Notes: generated by a model not told the origin, from the letters alone. A DNA stretch of 64,000 nucleotides from Dendrosporobacter quercicolus (GCF_900104455.1 NZ_FNHB01000001.1:1257793-1321792); one strand, 5' to 3'; numbered from the stretch's first letter, positions 38,128 through 47,735 are shown. Made by a program: numbers and translations.

Positions 38128-39342
38128 CTACTTAAGGATGGTTTTAATCTGTTGCTGCCTAATCCAGTCGCCTATTTCTTTCCCTTGCAGCTCACCCGGT
38201 GCATCGTTACCCTTTACCGTCTTAATTGCAGCAATATACTCCTCAAAATTCAGTAAACAATCTGGCAGACTTCCATTGTCAACGAGCAGAATATCACTAA
38301 ATCCTTTATCTCCAATAGGATTTTTCTGTAACGCAAGGATAAAATCAACAATTTTACCTTTTTGTTTTAATTTATTGACACGCATATGATGCTGGATGGT
38401 AAACTCTGCGCATGCTATCCACTTATTAGGTAATCCAATATGCTGATCGAACGCCTTTATGGCATCAAGCCCCAACACATCATGCAGATGATGTGTTGGC
38501 AATTTTTCCTTTGGCGTCAGTCCCTTGCCAAGATCATGTGCTAATGCTGCAAATCGAACCTCAACTCTGGGGTTGAGCTCCGAGACACGATCTACAACCT
38601 CCAAGGTATGATTAAAAGCGTCTCCCTCTGGATGATACCGGACGGGCTGTGTCTGTCCAATTAAAGCATGAATTTGAGGATACGTGATATCCAACAAATT
38701 AGCCTGTTGTAATGCTAAGAAAAACAGCGACGGCTTATTCGATTGTAAAGCCTTGTCCAATTCATTAAATAATCGTTCTTTAGGCTCGCTCATTAATTCT
38801 TCCCGGCATTCCTTCATCAACGCAATTGTGGATTCATCAATAAAAAAATTAAACTGCGCTGCTTGTCTCGCTGCTCGCAATGCCCGAATTGGATCATCCT
38901 TGAAATGTTGTGAAGTTGGAAATATCTTTCGTTCAGCAATGTGCTGCTTACCTTGGAATGGATCAATCAGTTCAAGCGTTTGTAAATCAAAGGCAATACT
39001 ATTCATTGTTGTATCTCTGCGATATAAATCATCCCTAATATGGATACTTTTATCAAAGGAAACCTCAACCCCCTTATAACCTGCACCCGTTTTACGTTCC
39101 TGCCTGGCAAATGCAATTTCACAAGACTCGCCATTGATTTCCAGCAAATATACAGGGAAGGAGTTGCCTACTTTAATTGCTTGTGGAAACAATTTATTAA
39201 AGCCCTCTTCGTGCAGACCAGTAATTACATAATCTTTATCTTTAGGAGAAATTCCTCTAATCCAGTCTCTGACCCATCCGCCAACAACATATGCCGCACC
39301 ATGAATACTATTGATTTTTCTTACAAACTCTTTTTCCAGCAT
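38128..39342 (-). CDS. cca: CCA-adding enzyme (tRNA nucleotidyltransferase, class II) with C-terminal HD domain
   Basis: Head motif GGWVRDWIRGISPKDKDYVI (GGxVRD...DxD), PolyA_pol body, HD motif (H...HDLGKG); 404 aa like E. coli Cca. Confidence 0.75.
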   Translation of the reverse strand: MLEKEFVRKINSIHGAAYVVGGWVRDWIRGISPKDKDYVITGLHEEGFNKLFPQAIKVGNSFPVYLLEINGESCEIAFARQERKTGAGYKGVEVSFDKSIHIRDDLYRRDTTMNSIAFDLQTLELIDPFQGKQHIAERKIFPTSQHFKDDPIRALRAARQAAQFNFFIDESTIALMKECREELMSEPKERLFNELDKALQSNKPSLFFLALQQANLLDITYPQIHALIGQTQPVRYHPEGDAFNHTLEVVDRVSELNPRVEVRFAALAHDLGKGLTPKEKLPTHHLHDVLGLDAIKAFDQHIGLPNKWIACAEFTIQHHMRVNKLKQKGKIVDFILALQKNPIGDKGFSDILLVDNGSLPDCLLNFEEYIAAIKTVKGNDAPGELQGKEIGDWIRQQQIKTILK

Positions 39343-39363
39343 ACGTATCCAAACCTTTCCTGA

Positions 39364-40413
39364 CTAATTGTTAACTGAATAGCCTTCTGCAGATGTTCTT
39401 TCATCCAGCATCGTAAGCAATTGTTTCTGTTTTGCTATGCGCCCGATCAATTGTTCTTTGAAGTGTTCGGGACCAATCACTTTAATAACAGGCCCAAAAG
39501 AAAGCAGGGTTATGAGTAGTTCCATCTCATCGACCTCATAATAATAAATTTTCATTAGACATCTTTTAGTATTTTCATCGTATTCGGAAACACGCTCAAA
39601 GTTGGATAATTGGGTAAAGATTCGTTCAAAACCGTTACGCTCATTTGTAATCTCAATCTCTACTGGTAGTGGCATACGAAGGCTTCTAACATAACTAGCA
39701 AGATTTTCTGGTCTATGATTATCCATGATTTCCACCGAACGCATCCGGGAAAGATTTAGTTTATAGAGGCTTCTCATTCTACCTTGCCTGACTCGTATCC
39801 CGCATAGTCTAAATTTGTCATCCTTAATAGAATACTCTAGCTTATAAGGAGCAAAGTATCCGGAAAGGCGGTTACCTTTGCCACTTTCATAGGTGATGAG
39901 AATAATTTTATTATCTTGTATACCCTGCATGATTGATTTAAAAATCAATCTGTATTCCTTGCTTTCGTAGTCATCACCGTCATTGGCCATATCGACCGTT
40001 ATAAAATGCCGACTATCATACAGAGGTTCAACATTGGAAAGCAGTTCTTCATAAAGCTGATATTGACTTTCATCGATAAACAGCAAAAAGCGTTTATCTT
40101 TCACAATTGCTCGCATCCACCGTTTTTGGTACTCCGTCAGTAAAAAGGGGGGATCGCCTTTTAAAACCGGCCTATATCCAGAGGACTCTTCATTCAGTAC
40201 ATAATAGCCTTCCCCATTAACATTTAGTAATTTAGCGGGCAGGGTTAGCGCGGTTTCGGCAAAACCCAACTTAGCAACTATCCCAGCAATATCCTTACTA
40301 TGCAGACTGCCTACGGAAGCGGCTTTTAGAATTTCACTTATAATATAAAAATACCGGCTATGTATTTCATTAAAAATTCCCAAAACAAAACCGTCCCTTT
40401 CGCCTAATCGCAC
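39364..40413 (-). CDS. WYL-domain protein (PafB/PafC-like)
   Basis: ...IILITYESGKGNRLSGYFAPYKLEYSIKDDKFRLCGIRVRQGRMRSLYKLNLSRMRSVEI... matches the WYL-domain core (xRxFRLDRI-type). Confidence 0.5.
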   Translation of the reverse strand: MRLGERDGFVLGIFNEIHSRYFYIISEILKAASVGSLHSKDIAGIVAKLGFAETALTLPAKLLNVNGEGYYVLNEESSGYRPVLKGDPPFLLTEYQKRWMRAIVKDKRFLLFIDESQYQLYEELLSNVEPLYDSRHFITVDMANDGDDYESKEYRLIFKSIMQGIQDNKIILITYESGKGNRLSGYFAPYKLEYSIKDDKFRLCGIRVRQGRMRSLYKLNLSRMRSVEIMDNHRPENLASYVRSLRMPLPVEIEITNERNGFERIFTQLSNFERVSEYDENTKRCLMKIYYYEVDEMELLITLLSFGPVIKVIGPEHFKEQLIGRIAKQKQLLTMLDERTSAEGYSVNN

Positions 40414-40452
40414 ATACCATACAAGTCGTTAACTAATTTGACACGCTCACCG

Positions 40453-41709
40453 CTATGCATCATACAAGCTTGCCATTCGGTCAATATCGTCAATAAACCG
40501 CTGAATGACTGGTTGATTCGATCCTTTGACAGATATAATCCGTCCGATAAAGGTTCGAAGCCAAGGAACCATTTCCATAATGTCAAACACTTCATTCCGG
40601 TAGGCAAAGGTATGATCTCCTATTTTTTCAATTGTGCCATTTTTCCCTTCTCTTTTCAGTCTTGCAAGAACATATCCTTCCCTTATCTCATCAATATGAA
40701 GAATTACTTCAACTTTCTCCATCTGCGTTTTTTTGCCAAGGGCTACTCCCCATGAAAAAGGCAGCCTGGTTTCAAGTTCTGCTGATTTTGCTTCATACAT
40801 ATCACTTACCTCTAAAATTTCAAGATTTTTAATATAGTCCAAACGATAGGAAAGCAGCCTGCGCATCCTAAGATTATAAGCCAGCAAAAATCTTCGTCCA
40901 TGCCTTACATTGGTAGCAATTTTTAGCGGAAGCACAGTTTCCACTGAATGGGTCTTAGACCGAGAACTGCAGTTCTCAAAACGTACGCTTTTTTGGCAAT
41001 CCATTGCATTCGCAATCCTAATCACTACCTCATCATCCAGTGTGTGTGACATGAAGATATGCCGAAAGGAAAACACATCTTCTCTTTTGCCTCTATCCCG
41101 TCGAATAAAGTAGCCCAAAACCCCAGCGGGAACAACATTCTCAAAAAGCTGCAAAGCAGATAGAAGGTTGTTTATTACAGAAGGACCGACTTGATCGAAC
41201 AGGTTTTGATTTATGGAATAGTGCAAAGTTTTACCTTTTTTCTCGGTTCTGAATAAACCAGCAGCAGTATATTCATTGAGCTTATTACGAATTGTCATAA
41301 CATCCAGCTCATAATCATTAAAACAAGACAGGTACTGCTCACTTAAAAAAACTGTCACATCTTTCGCTGTTAAGCCAGGATTTTCTCTTAGTATATCAGG
41401 CAGGCAAAAATGCAATAGACAATCATTCTTAGTAAAAGATTTTGCCTCCCACATGGCAAAGAGAGGATTACTGGAAATATCCGAGGTATCTGTGCTGATA
41501 TATATATTTTTCCCCCGGGGATTCATTTCCCATTTGATGTATCCAGAAAGATAGCTCTCTATTCTTCGTCTTTCATTGTCGTAGCTTCTACCGCTCTTTC
41601 TGGTGTAATCATTTCTACATTTATAACCGTACACAAAAAAATCTCTAGTATAGTCTCTTATTTTATCAAAGTTCTTGATTAATTCCGTAAATCCGGCCAT
41701 GTCTATCAC
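40453..41709 (-). CDS. WYL-domain protein (second paralogue of a PafBC-like pair)
   Basis: ...HGRRFLLAYNLRMRRLLSYRLDYIKNLEIL... WYL core; 418 aa; tandem with the previous gene and divergent from rtcB. Confidence 0.5.
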   Translation of the reverse strand: MIDMAGFTELIKNFDKIRDYTRDFFVYGYKCRNDYTRKSGRSYDNERRRIESYLSGYIKWEMNPRGKNIYISTDTSDISSNPLFAMWEAKSFTKNDCLLHFCLPDILRENPGLTAKDVTVFLSEQYLSCFNDYELDVMTIRNKLNEYTAAGLFRTEKKGKTLHYSINQNLFDQVGPSVINNLLSALQLFENVVPAGVLGYFIRRDRGKREDVFSFRHIFMSHTLDDEVVIRIANAMDCQKSVRFENCSSRSKTHSVETVLPLKIATNVRHGRRFLLAYNLRMRRLLSYRLDYIKNLEILEVSDMYEAKSAELETRLPFSWGVALGKKTQMEKVEVILHIDEIREGYVLARLKREGKNGTIEKIGDHTFAYRNEVFDIMEMVPWLRTFIGRIISVKGSNQPVIQRFIDDIDRMASLYDA

Positions 41710-41838
41710 CCTTACATTTTGGTTGTTTTAATCATATCATCCTAATAATAATTGTCAACGACGCAACGAAGTTCGCAAACTTTTTTTAATGATACCTGAT
41801 AATTTCCTATGGTAAATTATAGGCAAGGAGATGATTTC

Positions 41839-43075
41839 ATGTATACAATTTATGACAAACAAAAAAATAGCCATCCCATAAAGGTCTGGCTGAGTGATGA
41901 GGATATTATAGAAGAAGGATGCTTAGAGCAAGCTACTAACCTATCCAATCTTCCTTTTATACATAAATGGGTCGCCCTAATGCCAGATACACATACTGGA
42001 AAAGGTATGCCAATCGGCGGTGTGATTGCTACAGATGGCGTAGTCAGCCCCAATGCTGTCGGTGTGGATATCGGATGCGGCATGGCTTGTATACAAACCA
42101 ATATTGAAGCTGCATTTCTCAAAAATACCACTACACCTAACGGTTCATTGCTGCAGGGTATCATTGGCGACATCCTGCGAAATATCCCTTTAGGATTCAG
42201 ACATCATAAGAAGCAGCAAACCTCGTCGACAATAGATACAGCATTATCTAATATAGATAAATACTCTTTTGCAAAAGATCTGATTCCAGAAATAGAGCAG
42301 AGCTACTACCAAATCGGCACCTTAGGTGGCGGCAATCATTTCATTGAACTGCAGGAAGATGAAGATGGCATGGCAGCTATTATGCTGCACTCCGGCAGCA
42401 GACATCTGGGACACCAAATCTGTAAGTTTTTCCACTCGGTGGCAAGAGAACATAACCAACAATGGTTCTCTCTTGTACCCGACCAACTACCAACTTGCTT
42501 TTTTGCCTGTGGATAGTATGGAAGGTCAATCCTATATTGATTGGATGAATTTAGCATTGTCATTTGCTCGGGAAAACAGGGATCGAATGATGAGTGATAT
42601 AACAAGAATGATAGACGGCTGGGTCATCCGTTCCGGAGGTATACAACCGGAGTATTCCAGCTATATTAACTGCCATCATAATTACGCCGCTATTGAAAAT
42701 CACTACGGCAAAAATGTCTGGGTTCACAGAAAAGGCGCCATTAGAGTACGTGAAGGCGATACTGGCATTATACCTGGCGCCATGGGCTCTTACAGTTATC
42801 TTGTCGAAGGCAAAGGTAATGCGGAAAGTTTTACTTCATGCTCTCATGGCGCAGGACGCCGTATGTCAAGAACCAAAGCCAGGGAAAGTTTCTCTGTCGA
42901 AGAAGTAATAACAGATTTGAAAAGCGGTGGTGTTGTTCTTGGTAAAAACAGCAAAGCTGATATCGCAGAAGAATCACGCTATTCCTATAAGGATATTGAT
43001 ACTGTTATTGCAAATGAGCTTGATCTTATCGCACCGGTAAAAAAACTGTGTACGATCGGTGTAGTTAAAGGTTGA
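41839..43075 (+). pseudogene. rtcB: RtcB RNA 3'-phosphate ligase, interrupted by a frameshift near 42455-42490
   Basis: All RtcB hallmarks present (LMPDTHTGKG, GVDIGCGM, GGGNHFIELQ, HSGSRHLGHQ, NCHHNYA, HRKGA, CSHGAGR) but split over two frames (ORFs 41809..42516 and 42326..43075). Confidence 0.85.
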
Positions 43076-43149
43076 AGCCCTTACGATTGGAAGTATATTT
43101 TACGATATATTTTACCGTTTACTTTTCATGCTAAGGTTTCAAAAGCCTG

Positions 43150-43310
43150 GCGGTGCCCGCAGCTCTGCTGCAGGGTATACCGAAGGAACGGTCTGAACTG
43201 AAGTGTCGGAGGTTCGACTCCTCCACCGTAGCTGCTACGGTTAACTCAGCGGTAGAGTCTTCATTGGTAAATTCCCTTTGGGAATGGGGTTCGACTCCCC
43301 ACATGAAAAA
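43150..43310 (+). ncRNA. tRNA-like non-coding element(s): two T-arm consensus hairpins plus a D-arm-like hairpin; not a canonical tRNA
   Basis: GGAGG-TTCGACT-CCTCC (43209..43225) and TGGGG-TTCGACT-CCCCA (43286..43302). ACTC-AGCGGTA-GAGT D-arm-like hairpin (43242..43260). Palindrome ACCGTAGC-t-GCTACGGT (43226..43242) that could pair as an acceptor-like stem. Confidence 0.4.
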
Positions 43311-43610
43311 GACCTGTTAAGTCTTTCCTTTTTAAACACCTGGATCAAAGGAATTCCCTGCGTATTTCGCGGCTAACCGCAAAGTACGCAGCAGGCTTTG
43401 GCTCTGTGATTTTGAGGATACGCATAAGTCAGCTGCGCTCAAGACTGTCAAGAGATCAGGCGTATGCCTATACTCTTTGCATTCTTCGGTACAGTAAGCC
43501 TTGATGCTGAATCAAAGTTCCGCTAAAAAGTCTGTGGGGATTCCTGAGAGAAGGGCACAACAATGATATTCATAACTTTTCTCATATTTTTATTCAAAGG
43601 AGAATCCATT

Positions 43611-44720
43611 ATGCGAATAACAATTAGAGACCATGAACGGGGCATACTCTTTAAAGATGGTAACTATAGAGGAAAATTAAAACCCGGGAAACATTTTATA
43701 ATACCATTTTCTCAAACTAAAGTAGAAATTCTGGATATAACCAAACCATTTTACATTGCTGGTTATCATTTAGATCTGTTTTTGCAAGATGCTGATCTAT
43801 GCAGCGAGCTTATTATTATCAATGTAACAGATAAGGAAATCGCCTTTCATTATGTTGATGATAAATTTCAAGAGGTTCTTAGCACTGGAAAGCATGCTTT
43901 TTGGACATCGTTAGAAAAGCATACTTTTACAGTTGTTACAATAAGCAATCCAGAAATTAAAGATCCCATAGACAAGGACCTCCTTGCTCTGCCTCAACTT
44001 AAGCCTTACTGTGGAATATATGATATTGAACCACATATGAAGGGCATACTGTTTTTCAATAACATCCTGCAGCGTACCCTTGAACCAGGCAGACATTATT
44101 TTTGGCTTGGTTTCAACAAGATCGATATTACTAAGGTGGATATACGCAAACGCGAAATCGAAATTAACGGCCAGGAAATTATGACAGAAGACAAAGTGCC
44201 ACTGCGGTTTAATTTCGTTTGTCAATATAAAATAGCCGATGCCTTAAAAGTAGTAGTAGAAATGAAAGACTACGAGCAACAACTATACATCCTGCTGCAG
44301 CTTATTCTGCGCGAATACGTGGGAACACGTAAGCTTGACGACCTTTTAAAGATGAAACAGGAGATTGCTGCCTATGTATTAAAAGCCCTTCAAGAAAAAG
44401 GACAGGATTACGGCGTAGAATTTCTGTTTGCTGGTGTGAAAGATATTATCCTTCCTGGTGAAATTAAGGATATTTTAAATACAGTCCTGATTGCTGAAAA
44501 AAAAGCCCTTGCTAACGTGATTACACGCCGGGAGGAAACGGCATCAACCAGAAGTCTGTTAAATACCGCCAAACTGATGGAAGAAAATCAAACCCTCTTC
44601 CGTCTTAAGGAACTAGAATTCTTAGAGAAGATCTGCGATAAAATCGGTCATATTTCTTTAACTGGCAATAGCAGTCTGCTTGAACAATTGAATTCACTAC
44701 TTGCCATTAAGAATCCATGA
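43611..44720 (+). CDS. SPFH/band-7 (stomatin/flotillin-like) domain protein
   Basis: ATG 43611 after AAAGGAGAA; N-terminal ERGILFKDGNYRGKLKPGKHFIIPF (E.GVV.RFGK...L.PGLHF.IPF type), repeated at MKGILFFNN...LEPGRHYFW; SPFH core and C-terminal helical region. Confidence 0.65.
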   Translation: MRITIRDHERGILFKDGNYRGKLKPGKHFIIPFSQTKVEILDITKPFYIAGYHLDLFLQDADLCSELIIINVTDKEIAFHYVDDKFQEVLSTGKHAFWTSLEKHTFTVVTISNPEIKDPIDKDLLALPQLKPYCGIYDIEPHMKGILFFNNILQRTLEPGRHYFWLGFNKIDITKVDIRKREIEINGQEIMTEDKVPLRFNFVCQYKIADALKVVVEMKDYEQQLYILLQLILREYVGTRKLDDLLKMKQEIAAYVLKALQEKGQDYGVEFLFAGVKDIILPGEIKDILNTVLIAEKKALANVITRREETASTRSLLNTAKLMEENQTLFRLKELEFLEKICDKIGHISLTGNSSLLEQLNSLLAIKNP

Positions 44721-44823
44721 ACTACATAAACACTCATATCCACATAAACCCCCTGTAATTCAATGCGAAATGATACAGGAGGTTTCCTTATTAGATACGA
44801 TATTTATTACCCTGCTAAAATTG

Positions 44824-45822
44824 TTAAAGCATTTTTTCATAAATACAGATGAGAAGCTCCTCCGCTGCCTTGTGGTTAGGTTCATCCGGTAGAACCGTAT
44901 TTTGCGCCGCATATTTGAATTCAGCCTCTAATTTATCAACGGCAGCAAAAATCTCTTCATAGTTAAAATTCCCGCTTCTAATCTCTAAAAGATAATCCCT
45001 CTCAGCAGCTCTATAGGTATGTATCCCCTTCCCCTGAAGTATCTCTGAACCTGTAATCAGAAGCCGAATCAGATGCATCGCATGTTTATTCAATTTCAAT
45101 GCATCTTTCTTTTTATTGCGGTGATTCAATTGGGAATAATCCTTAACTACATTGCTCATCTCTGAGTAAATCGATTTGAAATCCCTCAAAGGATAGTGCT
45201 TCAAGTTGATATCCATAAAAATCTCCGCTTCATAATCCTCTTTGTTGGACTTATCGATATACAGGTGAATGTCTTCATTCATAAATTGTTGGTATTTTTG
45301 CTTAAAATGATGCATCTGTCCCTGTATACTATTTAACATATGCTGTTCCTTTACTGCTTGGGGATAACTGTCTCGGGCCAGTGCATTTTGAAGCCGTCTT
45401 AGCTGGGCAGTGGCATAATTCCCAAAGCTCTGAATCACTCTCTTTGATAGAAATAGGTCTGCATGATCGCGCAGGCATTTGCCTTCCTCGGTTAAAATCA
45501 ACAGATGATCTTCGCGAGTGCCTAGCATCTCTAAAATATTAGGGTTTCCAGCCAGAGCAAGGTTTATGGTCTTGCGGAGACCATAAATTACCGTATCAGT
45601 AACACGGTCTTCAAACTGCTCAAAGTTTGACAGACCTAAAAGTTCTTCTTTTCGTTCTGCAGCAACCCCTCGAATATCAGTGTCGCTGGTTTCCACATGA
45701 GTACCATAGGCATATGAACCTCCTGTGGTCAGTAGAATAATTCTATCACCAAGATTCTTGTTCTTTCGCAGGAAATCATATTCTGTGCTATTTATTTTAT
45801 TTCTGATGTTTTGAATATCCAT
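44824..45822 (-). CDS. Pol-beta-fold nucleotidyltransferase (COG3541/YcgL-like family), paralogue 1
   Basis: LLTTGGSYAYGTHVETSDTDIRGV = hG[GS]...[DE]hD NTase motif, followed by a helical domain. Confidence 0.6.
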   Translation of the reverse strand: MDIQNIRNKINSTEYDFLRKNKNLGDRIILLTTGGSYAYGTHVETSDTDIRGVAAERKEELLGLSNFEQFEDRVTDTVIYGLRKTINLALAGNPNILEMLGTREDHLLILTEEGKCLRDHADLFLSKRVIQSFGNYATAQLRRLQNALARDSYPQAVKEQHMLNSIQGQMHHFKQKYQQFMNEDIHLYIDKSNKEDYEAEIFMDINLKHYPLRDFKSIYSEMSNVVKDYSQLNHRNKKKDALKLNKHAMHLIRLLITGSEILQGKGIHTYRAAERDYLLEIRSGNFNYEEIFAAVDKLEAEFKYAAQNTVLPDEPNHKAAEELLICIYEKML

Positions 45823-45829
45823 AACGTCT

Positions 45830-46618
45830 TCAGCTAGATGTATTTTCTCCAGCCCAAGCCTCCTTTACCATCGTGCAAAACAATGCATCTAATGCTGCTT
45901 TTTCTGGATGATCTTTTCTGGGTAAAAAACGAATTTCATCTTCATAATAAGCAATGGTTTCGTTAAAATACTGATATAACTGATGATCGATTGGCTCAAT
46001 ATCGGATTCTGTGCTGATAAGCTTTCGCTCCATCAGACGGTCTATTTCCACCCGAATATCCGCTTCAATTTTTAGGCCAGCCAATAACTTATGAAGCTCC
46101 ATAGGTGCCATCGTTTGGTATGTATCAATCCATCTGCAGGCCATAAGAGGTCTTAACACATAAAAATACTTCTTAATTCTAACCTGCTTCGTTATAATTA
46201 TTTCCTGAAATGTCTTTTTTGCCAAGTTTAAATAATGATGGAGCGAAGGCACTGGCAAAAAATATTCCCTGCTCAATGCTCTAAGCTTCTCGGCCAAGGA
46301 GTGTTCATCTCTATACACAATAGGTGAACTCAGCCATTCCATGAGTGGTGGATTGGATTTTCGGTATAATCTTAGCGCTTTTCGAATGTCCCAGCCATTA
46401 ATATCTAAAAGACTATTGATGGGTACCTCTATATAATCCTTGTGATCCTCAATACTAAGATATCCTGATAACGGGCGAATATAAATAAAGCGCACATCAT
46501 AGTCGCTATCTTTAGAAGCAAATCCCCAACCCCGGCTGCCAGACTCAACAGCATATAAAATTTTAACCCCGTTTTCTGATTCAATCCGGGCTAATTCATC
46601 GGTTATTTCCCTAAGCAT
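45830..46618 (-). CDS. Pol-beta-fold nucleotidyltransferase (COG3541/YcgL-like family), paralogue 2
   Basis: LYAVESGSRGWGFASKDSDYDVRFIY NTase motif; 262 aa. Confidence 0.6.
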   Translation of the reverse strand: MLREITDELARIESENGVKILYAVESGSRGWGFASKDSDYDVRFIYIRPLSGYLSIEDHKDYIEVPINSLLDINGWDIRKALRLYRKSNPPLMEWLSSPIVYRDEHSLAEKLRALSREYFLPVPSLHHYLNLAKKTFQEIIITKQVRIKKYFYVLRPLMACRWIDTYQTMAPMELHKLLAGLKIEADIRVEIDRLMERKLISTESDIEPIDHQLYQYFNETIAYYEDEIRFLPRKDHPEKAALDALFCTMVKEAWAGENTSS

Positions 46619-46733
46619 CTCTTCACCTCAATTGGGTATTCTTCTATCCTGGATTCTTATTACTACAAATATTTTTCTAAATTCCCGTCTTAGGGCAACC
46701 AAGCGGATAAGGTAATCTTACACCACAAATATA

Positions 46734-47303
46734 TTAATTTGTAGCCTCTTGTATTCTCCAGCCTTCTAAACTGTAATCATAGACAATGTTTTTGCCAGCC
46801 ATGCATAGCTCCTCGATATACCGCTTTACAGCGGCCTCACTACGTTTTAACCGCTCTGCCAAATGAACTGTGGAAACACCCGGATGATCTTTAATCGCTT
46901 GCAAAATGAAGAACGAAACGGCCATGCTCTTGGCCAAATTCTCTTGTCTTCTGGCCCGGTTATAAGCCTTCTTTAGTATACCGTCTATTTTATCCAGCAA
47001 CGCTTCAAGACTGTAAAAGATTTGGGCGTTTGTAGTTTTGGTAAGAGCGTCCTGCTTATCCGTTAAGAAAATCTTGGTTGTCGAAGCGCCATCCACCTTT
47101 GAAAAAAACGCCCCTAATGCGCCACTCTCGCTTTGGGAGATCGCATCCCGGCGGATAATAGCGGCAAAATACGCTCCGTTGATCAGCTGACTGTTTGATT
47201 GCGCCATAGATATGCCGAACCCCGGTTGATGCAAAACACCAACAATTGCTTTTAGCTCCTGTTCTTCAAGGCCAAATGTTAATACAGCTTTGCTCTTTAC
47301 CAT
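46734..47303 (-). CDS. transcriptional regulator with C-terminal winged-HTH
   Basis: C-terminal ...VSTVHLAERLKRSEAAVKRYIEELCMAGKNIVY... HTH; N-terminal domain unassigned. Confidence 0.45.
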   Translation of the reverse strand: MVKSKAVLTFGLEEQELKAIVGVLHQPGFGISMAQSNSQLINGAYFAAIIRRDAISQSESGALGAFFSKVDGASTTKIFLTDKQDALTKTTNAQIFYSLEALLDKIDGILKKAYNRARRQENLAKSMAVSFFILQAIKDHPGVSTVHLAERLKRSEAAVKRYIEELCMAGKNIVYDYSLEGWRIQEATN

Positions 47304-47735
47304 TTCTTTATTACCCTCTCTTTCGCGTTTAGTACGCTTTAAGCCCCTCTGGTTTATTCAAATAATAACATACCCGTCCTTATAAAATAAAGCAGGCACA
47401 AAACAAAACTGCCGTGGCCTGTTCCACGGTCAACCTTTAACGAGGCAATCTGAAAGTCAGCTAAGAAAACTAACGCTCAGCAAAAAACAACGCTGTAAGG
47501 CCTTGATTTTACAAGGCTTTCCAGGGTTGTTTTGCCCTTTACTCCCACTCGCTCCCTTGGAGCGTAATCTAAACGATATAAAGCCTATCGCGCCACAGTT
47601 ATTTGGCATACCCGAACTGTTCATCCGTGCAGCTCGGGTATGCCATCCTAGTGTCTTGCCAAAGTTAAATCTTAGTTTATCCAGTATATCTTTTTCCGCA
47701 CTGCTGCGTTGTCGTCGCCTTACATATGGCCGGTA

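Noticed and set aside
43150-43310. Calling one or two ordinary tRNA genes here
   Set aside because: T-arm and D-arm hairpins are present, but no 7-bp acceptor stem closes around a standard cloverleaf and no anticodon arm can be drawn. Reported instead as tRNA-like ncRNA candidate.
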